From Asterias rubens (taxonomy: Eukaryota): 64,000 nt of DNA. This document shows, piece after piece, positions 47,883 to 63,800 of the stretch. How positions within the stretch are numbered: position 1 is the stretch's first letter; each line of letters begins with the position of its first letter. The stretch is from NCBI RefSeq assembly GCF_902459465.1, contig NC_047073.1, forward strand, positions 1,860,001-1,924,000, given 5' to 3'. Both the position numbers and the translations under genes were made by a program. The notes beneath the pieces were generated by a model. The model did not search any database. It was not told where the DNA came from and saw nothing but the letters and a program-made list of their open reading frames with translations.

Positions 47883-49820
47883 GATTATACTTTCCAAAAT
47901 TGCTTCTTCTTCTTTTTGGAGGGAAAAACTTTCGAAAAGTTGTGCGCTGTTACTATATGATTGTAAAGCAAAGTCTGTCTGACGATGATTCACGTTCTGT
48001 GAGTAATATCTGCCCAATGGAAATGTGCTCGATGGTGCGTCGTTCTGAAGCCTATATACAGTAGCAGAGTTGACAAGTACAACTTCCGCTCAATATGTTA
48101 ATGATGTACCACCTTGACTTAATCTATGGTGATATGCAAATATGGGGAAAAGTTTAGGAGGGAGTTGGCATCCGACTGGATTTTGACATGCCTCCAAAAG
48201 GTCTAAACGTGAACAGGAGTGGCCTTACAAAGATTAAGACTTATTTTATCTTGAGTTAGGACGAGTCCCATTCCAGAAAGGGTAAGAACAAAACTCGTCT
48301 AAGGGGAAGATCATAGGTGTACATAAAACGTACAGTTACCCGGTCGATTCATTTTGTTTTTAAATCGATGTCATGCAAAAGGTGTAATCGTTTTTTAATA
48401 TTTTTCTCGTGACCCAGATGGCCGATCGATCTCAAACTTCTAAGTTTTTTTTTATAGTTTATGTATATGGTGGATTACATAAAGTGTTTACACTGCCAGC
48501 AACTGTTTTGTTAGTAAAAACAAATTCCAAAGTGCTCCTTTACACCTAGTTTTATCTCGAGAGGACGAGTTACTCGTCCTACCTTTACGATTAGCCTTAA
48601 GTTTTTAATAACTTCCAAAGAGTCATCATGACTAGTCCTAAGTTGGGACTATCTTTGTGAAGTCGACTCCTTGGCCTATAACTGGAGACAGTTGTCACCT
48701 TTAAAAACATGACACAATCAAGAAGCTAAAATAAATTCTTGGCGTACCTTTTTCGGTTTATAAAACAGAACATTTTGTGTAATGGGACAAGTCCTATAGT
48801 TCGGACTATCTTTGTGAAATCTTGACCCTTGGCCCTTAATTTGAGACAATTTTCACTTTTAACATGCCACAATCAAGAAACTACAACACATTCTTGGCAC
48901 ACCTTTTTCGGCTTAAAAACGGAAAATGAAGGAGCACAAAAATTAACGCAGCATTCTTTGAAAAGTTGTAAATGTTTTCCTGCAGGATGGACTGTTGACA
49001 CTCGTGCGAAAATGGATTCATCTTCATCCGGTCCCGCTCCCAGAATGTGAACACCCCAGCCTAGTCACCTTCCAATGTTGAAAACAGTACCGCATCGAGC
49101 AAAAAATAAACAATAAATGATACTATAGGAGGAAAGTTGTAAATGTTTTTTTTTTTCGGGATTGTTGACACTCGCGAAAAGGGATTTAACTTCCGGCCCC
49201 GCCCACAGAGTTTGAACATCCCAGCAAAGTTATCTTCCCTCTCAGCATTACAAAGAATAAACAAATATAAATGTCATCATTCGTCATCGTTTTTCCTTTT
49301 TCGCCTGTAATGTTTTTGTTGTTGTTCTATTTTGTTTTGCCTTATCTATTTATTATTTCTTGAATCCCGTAATTGTGATACTAGTTCCCTGGCCGAATAG
49401 AGACACAAATTAAATGAAGGGTCTTGATACTTAAAAAAAAAAAAAAAAAAAATTAAATTAATTCCATTCAATTTAATAAACAGTTATTTCGGTATTTCCT
49501 TCAAAATATTAACAGTGACAGTTTTAAGTAGTAATGATTTTTTTTTCAATTCAGACGGGCAAAACTTAGGACTAGGTGAAACCTTGTCTTATGTACCCTA
49601 ACCCATTGACAGAATCACAAAGACAAAGACAAACACAAATACACGGGACAATGGATCTTCTGCAGATAAATTTTTTTGCCATGACATAAATCCACACTCA
49701 CTGTGAATGAAGATGTATGTTATAATTCAACTGTAGATATTTCAGCTTAGTTATAGTCAAGGTTTTGCGAAAAGAAGAAAAGAAAATCACAGAGCAATGT
49801 TTTCATGAGAGTCGCGTATA

Positions 49821-50070
49821 AAATACGTTGTAAATGCCAAAACAATTTTCGTATACGTACACAAACCAATTGTTGATAGCTCACAATGTCGCAAAACATG
49901 CATTTGTTTTGGCAACATGGTTTTAAGACACTGGGCATCTTTGGTAAATACGTTGTAAATGCTAAAACAATTTTCGTATACGTACACAAACCAATTGTTG
50001 ATAGCTCACAATGTCGCAAAACATGCATTTGTTTTGGCAAAATGGTTTTAAGACACTGGGCATCTTTGGT
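49821..50070. repeat. Two-copy 125-bp tandem duplication including the left end of a family A MITE
   Basis: 49821-49945 and 49946-50070 are nearly identical; each ends in TTAAGACACTGGGCATCTTTGGT(AA). Confidence 0.9.
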
Positions 50071-50439
50071 AATTGTCAAAGACCAGTATTCTCACTTTGT
50101 GCAAATCTGTGCAAAATTGGACTCAATTGGTCACTCATCGTAGTTGGAAGAGAATAATGAAAGAAAAAACACCAATGTTGCACACTTTTGTGTGCTTTTG
50201 TCAGGTTAAGGACTTTTAAGTGAGAAATTACATCTTTCTAAAAATACGTTACTTCAGAGGGCGTCGTTTCTTACAATTTGTTATACTATCAACAGCTCGA
50301 TTGCTCGTTACCAAGTAAGTTTTCATGCTAACAATATTGAGTATCAACAGTGCCCAAATACACGTACACCGTTTAATGATGAAACTGCAAAAATGTCACA
50401 CATAGTTTCTGTTCATTCGCACATTCGAGAAAGACGGAG

Positions 50440-50605
50440 CCGCAAATAATGTGGCCGCCTTTGCGCATGTCGTTGAATATTCATGATTCGCCATAGCAAC
50501 AAACAAGCACAAGCTTGCACTATGTTTAGGTTTAGCCCGCCTTTCCTGTGCGTAGCGGTGTTATGGAAGTCAAGTTCATAGCAACCGATCCATTCAGCTG
50601 AAAGA
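50440..50605. promoter_or_regulatory. Promoter-like island with two RFX X-box-like motifs
   Basis: GCCATAGCAAC (50490-50500), GTTCATAGCAAC (50574-50585), TTGCGCATG and CCCGCC in a CpG-enriched patch. Confidence 0.35.
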
Positions 50606-53600
50606 ATGGACGAGCTTCCAAAGTTTTTAAAAGTTGGAGGTAATATCAACTGCACTTTATGCAGAGATGAACTCTGACTTTTGACAGCACAGACACACTC
50701 TTGTGTTTAAGTTCTAATAATCCCGGGGGGGGGGAGGGGGGAGGTATTGCCTGCTGGAACTGGTTGCATGTCGTTCGATTTGGTCCTTGTGTCATCAAAA
50801 TCAAGTAAGGTTTCCTTTATTCGTTTCACCAACTATGCCTCAATTCATCAACATTATTATCATGAAGCGTGCCTATAGCAGTTGGTAGATATCTCCATAG
50901 TAGGAAAGGGATGTTGTATAATAAGAACTTAGATAATCACTCCTGGTCATGGTATGTCATGTAAGTTTTTATGCTAATAATTATTTTGAGTATTATCAGT
51001 AGTGTCCAGTGCAAATGCCCACACGAAGTTCTCAATAACCGCAAATTAAAGTTGCTAAACCGTGCCCAATATGTGGTTAGAGGGTTTTCCCCTAATCGTT
51101 CAATACTATTTTTCCGCTTGATGTACAGTTATATCACACTCCTCGCTATATATCACACCCCCTCACAAAGTATTCTAGAAAAGTCATGAGATTACAATAA
51201 TACAGTACACTTGCGGACAAGTCGTTAAAATGTCTGTAACGGTGATAGTAGCGAGACGGCTCCCTCGTAACAATCTCGCAAGACTACTGCTCTCACTACA
51301 GTCCCATTTAATTGCGGGAGAGTCCCTTTTCTATCGCCGAGACAGACATAAAACGACTTGTCCACAAGTCTACAAGAGGGGCAGGGTACCATCATGCCCC
51401 ATAAATGAAACTGTGCGTTGGTCCCAAGATGCTCCTCTCGACCACAGCGTCTTTGACATGGGTCTGGAAAAACTTAATGCCCAATCCACCAAGTTCTCCT
51501 CCATTCTCCTCCTGGTTATTATGTACCTTCGGGGATCGACATCCTATTATGAGTGGGAGTCTATTTCCTCTGACCCTCCTCAAGACTTAATGCCAACCGT
51601 CCACCTCGTCTTCAACCTTTTCCCCATGTCCCTTTAGACACGTCCATGACCCCTGGCACTTCTATATACATTAAAGTTTATGGGTGCACCCTTACTAAAT
51701 AAGGAGAAAACAGCGTCGAACTCATTATAATTGTGTGTACGTCATCAAAATGTTTTATATTAGACAGACATGAGAGTGCACAACTTGTGTCCATGTGACC
51801 TGGGGTTGTTGACTTCCAACCTGATGTATTTTGGATGACATTGGGCCCTCACAAAATTGCTGTCTATTTGCTGAGAGGTGTAGGGACATTTTTCAAGATT
51901 GATGCTCGGACGTTTGAAAAAACACACAAATAATCACACTGGTGTGGGTGGTTTAGCTTGGATGGAAATAATTCGACGGGCCCATCCCCAAGGACTCCCC
52001 ATATTAATTTGAGCCGAGGATTCAAGTTCCAGAGCCAATGAGTATTGTCACTTTACTGTAAAAACCTGTGAGACTTTTGAATATTTTTTGTGTATTTTTT
52101 AACATTAATTAGCATTTTCACTGTATGCTGTAGGAGTTTATTTTTAGTGGGGTGTGCCCTTATGTCCGCTTACCTGGTAAATCCTTCTCGCCCCATATAC
52201 CGATTCCCATTTTAAAGGTCAAATTTCTAGTGCTTGGGTTGCGTCTGTCTGGCAGACTGTCGCAAGGGAACTTCCGCTTTAAGGTCAACGGTCACGTGTT
52301 CCAAAAGGTCATCCGTTTGATCATCGCCGTCTTAAATTAACTCCTGGTCTTCCCCCTGAGGGCACTGTCTGTGACATTTTTGGGTGATCTTTAAAGCTAA
52401 GAGATGTCAGGTTTAAAGGCACTGGGAGCCGATTTCACGAAAAGCTAGGATTAATCGAGTTGTAGGCTAACTAGGATGGGTTCAATGCGTCCTCACGTCT
52501 ACAATCGGAACTTAAGTCGTCCTAACTCCTAAGATGTATCCTAAGTTACTGCAGAGGCTAGCTGTGTCAATTAGCAACTCTCCATTGCTCATTACCAAGG
52601 TTTTATGCCAACAACTATTTTGAGTTTACCAATAGTGTCCAGTGCCTTTAACTCTCATGGCTGCTGCCCTTCCTGTCTGTACACAAGTAGACTGCAAACA
52701 TATTTTAGTTAATACCTCGTTCAATTTTTAACAAAAATTGTTAAACCCTTTAGGTTCTATCCTCACAGGCCCGATCAACAAGGCCTATGACCCTGTATGA
52801 CTAATGACGGGCTCGGAATCTCCATTCAGCAAACACTTTCTACTCTACTAAGACTTGTGCACAAATATACTGCCATTTTACAGTCATGCAGTGATTAACA
52901 GGATTAACACATTCAATTTTTAATAATAATATCTGTTAATTTAGTTTTCGTCAAACTGTATCTCTTCAATGACATCTACTGGAAACGTTAATAGCTTTAC
53001 ACAAAAAGTATTGAATCAATAAATAAATCAAATGGGCAAAATGTAGGCCTACACAAATATGCGGCCGTCGCCCTAAAATATTGTATGATATATAGTAAGT
53101 ATGCTCAAGTTTTCGATCTATAGTCGCTGAAATTGAAATAAAGGTTAATACAAAAATTATTGTGTTTATCTAGGCCTGCTGAGAAAATACTGCACGGATG
53201 TAAGCAATGGGTTCTCAGTTTGAAAGCATGTCTGGATCCGTATGGCGCCACCACGTTTTCACTCATTTTTACGAAAAGGGATATTTGAGGTAAATTAGAT
53301 ACTATCGAATGAACAACAGAAACTTTTCCGCATGTCTTTTGATTTTCCAAGCTATTTATTTTAACAACAATGCACGAAGTTGATAAGAAAAGTACATGTA
53401 CATTGCGTTGTGTGTGCTGCATGCATGATTATTTACACCGCTAGCTAGCTGTGAGGGGTTTTGTACTGGGAGAACTACAAATTGCTATCTTGAGGTGAGA
53501 CTATGTTACTAATAAATGCACAAAATTACCTTTTGGTAAGAATTTTTTTGTTTCAAAAAGAGAAAGAAAGCCTGAATTCCATATAATTGTTCTAACGCTG

Positions 53601-53829
53601 TTATACGCACCCCGTCGCAACGTAGTCTCCTACTCAAGATTGCCGCGGTTGCTTTTTCTAGTTTACTTTGTTGGAAGTAAACGTAAACATATCGATAGAG
53701 GGCGTCCTAATACAAAATAATGGTTGTATGTGTCTGACGTGTACGCTGCTTGCTAGCTGCTGGTTTCGAGAATGAAATACATGCTGTGAAATGGTTTAAA
53801 ATAGTCAAAAGGAGCCCACGAATGACAAG

Positions 53830-57042
<3,213 letters not shown>

Positions 57043-57489
57043 CAAGTGACTTGAAAGCAACAGTGTATTCCTTCAAGATGGACTTTGAAGAGAGACTGAG
57101 TTAACAAAGTGCAAGACGGTCATTGTAAATATTAAGGACTACTTCATGGTGTTGCCTTCACCTCAGGCTGTGAATCTTGACATCACACGTTTACCAAATA
57201 ACTGTCTGGGTAATTAATTAATTTATATCGTGGCTTCTTATATAGCCCATATCCGTTTCTCTTTAAGTGGTAACTTGTGATCAAGCGAGAACTTCAAATG
57301 TAAGTGTTTCATTTTGACTAAGTCATTTTACCAGACATTTTTCAAATCTAACTCACAATTGGATTATTGGGTATGTGGTCTACCCACTTTGCACATTCTA
57401 AATTATGGTAATTTATAAAAAAGAAATTCAGTCAAAGAGCAACTGTTCCCCTCTCATTCTTCTTAGATCTTGTTACATGTTTAACTGTC

Positions 57490-57804
57490 TGCAGATTAGG
57501 GTAACCGTGTACAAATAAGATTAGTAAGATTTAAAAAAATACTTTGCATGACCACAGGCATCTGTTACATGTTCAATAAAATCTGCATAATTGCTTGTAA
57601 ACATTAGTCAATCAAATTGATAGAGCGGATGGTGCAATCAAATTGATAGAGCGGATGGTGCAGATTAGGGTAACCGTGTACAAATAAGATTAGTAAGATT
57701 TTAAAAAATACTTTGCATGACCACAGGCATCTGTTACATGTTCAATAAAATCTGCATAATTGCTTGTAAACATTAGTCAATCAAATTGATAGAGCGGATG
57801 GTGC
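57490..57804. repeat. 169-bp tandem duplication, with an internal 26-bp unit present three times, overlapping the receptor stop codon
   Basis: 57490-57635 matches 57659-57804. AATCAAATTGATAGAGCGGATGGTGC occurs at 57610, 57636 and 57779. Confidence 0.9.
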
Positions 57805-60800
57805 AATGATAGGTACATTGGTTGATATGGTGTCAGCAATAACATCAGAGGTGACATCAACGTCAGGATTGTCTGGTCCTGTAGAAAGTTCTTCCATGCC
57901 TGTCCGCACTACTGATAAAACAAATGAAAACAAACATTTGAAAACAAACTTTACTGAAGTTGTCAACAGAAGAGGATATGCAAAACATATTTGAAATGAA
58001 TTTAATATTTGATCTCCCTAGTTTATATGCTTTAATACATACCCATTGTTCGTGTCTGCGAACAACAAAATCGAGGGACCAAAATAATCTCGAGAGAACA
58101 AATCAATTTCGAGGGAACAAAATAACGCATTACATTGACAAAAGTAAAAGTATTTTGAGATAACGAAATTATATTTTGAGGGGAAGGAACAATATTTAAT
58201 ATTGTTTTTACATTTAAGTTTCAAAAAAAGGTGTTACCTTCACATTATCAAAACTGTTTAATCCCCAATGATTTAAATCTTGTGAAAATGATTATGACAA
58301 AGATCACTCTGGAACTTTCGATTTTAAGGAATTTCATGGGAACTTTGTCATCAACACTGCAGGGAGATGAATAGGTAGAGTTTCGTGGTAATATGAAGAT
58401 AATAGCAGCTATACATTTTGTCAAGGCAATTATTTAAAGACCTAAATTCAAATTAAAGTCTGAAATTTCTCATCCTCTCACACAAAACTGAAAAATATTT
58501 TTTTCTGAAATGAAAGTTTACAGAGATGTAAATGATGACATACCATTTACAGCGTTTAGATGTCTAAGCCTCTTCTTCCACCTGTCAAAGGTACGGAAAA
58601 TAAACAACAAACACAAAACTAACCTTTCACTAAGCAAAGAACAGTTGCACTTATTAGTTCACCAAATCATTAAGAAGGGTTTATCACATGCGCCGCAGCC
58701 AAAAGCCGAGGTCTACGGAGCTCTTTCGAAAAGATTAATAATTTTTACCCCTCGAAGTTATAAGTATTCCTTTCCCTCGACAAAATTATTACGTTTCCTT
58801 AAAATGTAATTTTGTTGCCCTGACATCATTCCGCTCCCCAAATTCATTGCAGAACCTCGAAAAATGTTTTTCCCCTCGAAATATTATTGCTAGGAAACCA
58901 AATATATAATGATACCTCACCATACAATGCCTCAAATCCTATATCCTGTTTATTCTGATGTTTTTTATTTCAATTCTTTCCCCTATTTTTGTTTAAGGAA
59001 CATCAGAGAATTTCACTAAGTTGAGCGTTTAATAACTACCTTATTATGACGACCACAGCAACTATAATACCAATCAGGACAATCAACACCAATGGAACCA
59101 CAACAGCAGCTACCGATGGGCTTGCACTTTGTGGCACTGACAAACAAACATTTCTCAATTATTACCTTATTATGACGACCACAGCAACCCCAATACCAAT
59201 CAGGACAATCAACACCAATGGAACCACAACAGCAGCTACCGGTGGGCTTGCACTTTGTGGCACTGACAAACAAACATTACTCAATTGAGACTTTAATAAC
59301 TACCTTATTATGACGATCACAGCAACCCCAATACCAATCAGGACAATCAACACCAATGGAACCACAACAGCAGCTACCGGTGGGCTTGCACTTTGTGGCA
59401 CTGACAAACAAACATTTACTCAATTGAGACTTTAATAACTACCTTATTATGAAGACCACAGCAACCCCAATACCAATCAGGACAATCAGCATCAATGGAA
59501 CCACAACAGCAGCTACCGGTGGGCTTGCACTTTGTGGCACTGACAAACAAACATTTACTCAATTGAGACTTTAATAACTACCTTATTATGAAGACCACAG
59601 CAACCCCAATACCAATCAGGACAATCAACACCAATGGAACCACAACAGCAGCTACCGGTGGGCTTGCACTTTGTGGCACTGCCAAACAAACATTTCTCAA
59701 TTATTACCTTATTATGAAGACCACAGCAACCCCAATACCAATCAGGACAATCAACACCAATGGAACCACAACAGCAGCTACCGATGGGCTTGCACTTTGT
59801 GGCACTGACAAACAAACATTTCTCAATTATTACCTTATTATGACGACCACAGCAACCCCAATACCAATCAGGACAATCAGCATCAATGGAACCACAACAG
59901 CAGCTACCGGTGGGCTTGCACTTTGTGGCACTGACAAACAAACATTTCTCAATTATTACCTTATTATGACGACCACAGCAACCCCAATACCAATCAGGAC
60001 AATCAACACCAATGGAACCACAACAGCAGCTACCGATGGGCTTGCACTTTGTGGCACTGCACGTTTCGGTACTGCCAACCAAACAAATAATCATATCAAG
60101 ATGTGAATTGATGTTAAAGCTTACATCTTCGAAATCAAGAGAAAAATATGTATACTGTAATTGTTTGACTGCAAGTTTGCTCAGCCGTTAACATTGTGTT
60201 TAGAATGTGTTCTGAGGAAGCGTTTAAACGGTGATGTTCAGTACACGAACGGTATCTAAACACCAGTGTTTAAGTTTGATGTATAGAGGCACTGTGCCTT
60301 TACTAAGAAAATGCACCAAAGTTAATTGCTTTTCAACACAACTCATCATGAGCCCTATACACTGTTAAGTTGTTAACCTATCAAAACACTCGTTTGTACA
60401 GTGTAGGCCATGTCGGAATGGGCGGCTATCAGCTAGGGCTACAGCTGCATCCACGCCGCCATGCGTTGGGGGTATAGGACGTCCTTAGCAACACCATTAA
60501 CAACAGCCGTAGCAGTAGCTTTAGAAGACAATTCGGACACGGCCGGAGTTTAAAGATTCCGGGTAAAAGAGAAATGTTACAATACGATCAATGTGGAGGT
60601 ATTGAGCAGTAACTTACCTTGAACTCTGAGCGGCTTACTCCATTTAACGGCAAAAGTCTAAGAAAAAAATAAGAGAGAAATAGCAACACATTGTTAAGCT
60701 GTTATCATTCTTACATATATATTCAACTTCCAACGCATGTTTACATGCTTTTAATACATAAAACACTTCTTTTAAAATTAATATGACAGTGATTGAGTAG

Positions 60801-63800
60801 TGTTGGGCCTGAAAAGAACTGGACGTTAGCGACTCAACGTTTCGATCAGTATACCTGATTGTCTTCAGAAGACTGTTGTTTATAAGCGACTTCCAGAAAT
60901 TGAAGGCAAGCGTGTCAGAGACACACACATCTGCGCATGGTGTGTTGTTGCAAATGGTCAATTTGTCACTGTTAAAATAATAACACGAGAGATAAAATTC
61001 AAGGCTCACCGATTGAGAAATCCTACTGACTGATCCCAGATAGATGTCATACTGAGTGTTGCTTTCCAGGGGTTTGTTTCCCTCTGTTTCTCCGTCACCC
61101 ACAGTGAATGTTGCAGGAAGGTCCTTCTTAGGTAATTCTGCAGCTACATAATCAAGAGTTGGTACAGTGGATCGTTGGTACCTTGATCCCCTGGTGTCCC
61201 TTCTATTGACTGTCTTAACCTGCTGTACACCAACTTGCATGCCTCTAAGAAATACAAAAAATGTTCTTGAGTAGAATTTTTAAATTTCAGTTTTCATTGT
61301 TTCTGTCACAATGTTGACATTTTCTTGGGAAATTTTTTTCTTTACCAAACAGATGCAATGTTAAAAACCAAAAACGGTGATTCACTACACATTGCATTAA
61401 TCAACGAGAAAAAAATGAACGTTGGCGCATATAATTGTAACTATTACTTTTAAGATAACAACGTTGATTGGTTGGCATACGATAACAGGAATATTTACGG
61501 CGATTCATGATTTATTCTGGAGTTTTTATCAGTCAAAATGTCATTGAATCGACCTTCGACTTTTGCGCAAAATTCCTCTTTGGAATGTACAATTAATTAT
61601 GTTAATGGTTACAATGACATCAGGTGGAAAATTACAAACTTAGAAAACCCCATATAAAAGTGAGGGTAGATACTTTGGGTTTCTCATCTCAATCTATTGA
61701 GCGCATCACAAAACTGAAATTGAACTTTAGTGTCCTCTTTAAATGTCAAGTGGTATTTTAAAATAAAATCACTAACATGGCTTAGTCACTTTGGACCCCA
61801 GACCCCCCGCCCCACCCCAAACGCTGATGAAACGTGCACTGTGAAACGTGCGTTTAGCAAATGGCTCCTATGAAGTTTTTTGTCTAGAATTTTTCAGGTT
61901 AATAGCATTGAACGCTGTTGGTAATTACGCAAAATAATTATTAGCATAAAACCTTACACTGTGAGAAACGGCTCCCTCTGAAGTAATGTAGTTTTCGAGA
62001 AAGAAGTAATTTTCCACGAATTTGATTTCAAGACCTGAAGGCACACAACTTCGTGTGACAAGGGAGTTTTTCTTTGATGATTATCTCGCAACATCGACGA
62101 CCGATTGAGGTCAAAATTTCACAGGTTTGTTATTTTGTGTATACATGTATGTTGAGATACACCAAGTGATAAGACTAGTCTTTGACAATTACCAATTGTG
62201 TCCAGTGTCTTTAAACATCCTATGCATAATTTCAACTCACGTAATGTACTCCGACGAGGGTGGAAGATTCAAAGCAATAGTGACTGTGGAAGAAGTCAAA
62301 TCTGAGATATCTTTTTGGGAAAGCTGAGTTGGAGCAGGAAGATCTGTAAAGCAAAAGAAACTGTGTACCTTAGGGGAGGTTCTCTTTCCAAAACAAAACC
62401 ATAAGAGAACATCTCAAAATTCAAAAGCGGTTCTGGCAGTCCAGTAAATTGCTGACGTATGTCTACAAGCATGTTTTTGCGCCTAGAATGTGCCCAACTT
62501 TTGAGACAGTCCCAAACAAGAATATGTTACAATTAGGCTATGAAGTAACAATAAAAGACAATAATTTTTTATTAATTTTTATTTTTTATTCTAATTTTAA
62601 TTTTAGTGACTTGGATTTATTGTTAACAAAACTTTGTATAAAGTAAAATATCTGTCAATTTAGTTCAACGAACTAGTTATTGAGTGCTATGTCTCACAAT
62701 ACCTGTCTGAACTTCAGTAAATGCCTCTAATGTTGCTTTATCTCCAACACCAGCACTGTTGAAACCTTGTAGTCGGAAATCATATTTTGTTGATGGTTCT
62801 AAACCACTGATGTTGCTGTGCATATCTGATGGTTCTATATCAACCGACTGAAATGAGCTGTTTGGACTAAAGTTGGTGTCATAAGGTTTTTCCAGCACCC
62901 TGTATGAGAGCTGTTCATTGTATGTAAATGGGAGATAAAAGGACACTGACAATTTTCGCAAAGTTTTACACTTAAATGAGGTTTGAAATAATGAAATGTG
63001 GAATAATTGAAAACATTGGAAAAATTGTTTTGATTTAAAACCATCTGCTATGAAGACTCACTCTGTATTTGGTTATCAAACCATTTCTTTGACCACACGG
63101 TATTTCACTCCAGCTCAATGCCACACTATGCTTCGCTGTTGAAGTAGTCTTGAATTCTGTTGGAGGTCCAGTTGGCTCTTAAATAAAAACACAAAACAGC
63201 AAGTTTACTTTTTACTTCCGTATGCTTAATAGATGCGATCTGTCATGGTGATGATAAGACAGTATAAGAATCACTCACTGTAATAAAAGGGTTCCAAATC
63301 TGAACACTTCTTCATCATCTTTGCTCTACACTGATGACATTCGCAAACCTATACTACAGGTCAAATTGTAGTCAATTTGAAGGATCCATTGATTGGTTTC
63401 CTCTCCAAAGATGTCACACTTTGTCTGTAATTTTACCTTAAATCCCTCATTTCTTCATTAAAAGTAATTTTCTTACAGCATAACAGACCATTATTTTAAA
63501 GCACTTGTAGTCCAATTCAAAAGATTAACATTTCGTTTAAAAAAAATGCCCACCGAAAAACTAGCTCAGTTCACTGACTAACATATGCTTCTTGAAATCA
63601 GTGAGTAACAACATTTTGAAGTTAATTTTGAAATAATGATGTTTCCATCTTTTTTGAACAACTTGAGTTATAGATTCCAGTATCAGGAAAAGTTTTACTG
63701 GAGAAGCAAATCAAACGAGGAAAAGTTCTTTAGATGAAAGCAAACAATAGGTATTATCTTCACCAGGCATACACAAATAAGTATGAATCCAGTTCAAAGT

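Noticed and set aside
47883-48017. N-terminal extension of paralogue B in the ORF track
   Set aside because: It begins at TTG. The ATG at 47882 directly precedes a signal peptide and aligns with paralogue A.
53105-53422. 105-aa minus-strand ORF upstream of SMIM7
   Set aside because: No recognisable motif, no good donor site and no linked exons found.
59040-60071. Repeat-spacer pattern resembling a CRISPR array
   Set aside because: Eukaryotic context, 97-nt repeats, non-unique spacers and no cas genes.
59016-60094. Metallothionein-like Cys-rich repeat ORFs (SATKCKPTGSCCCGSIGVDCPDWYWGCC...) on the minus strand
   Set aside because: They are an alternative frame of the Val/Ile-rich TM exon copies. 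They stay open because the 126-nt unit is a multiple of 3. The TM frame has matching splice phases with the flanking exons.
59046-60106. Thr-rich mucin-like repeat ORFs on the plus strand
   Set aside because: Antisense reading of the GTT/GTG-rich TM codons; no signal peptide or splice support.
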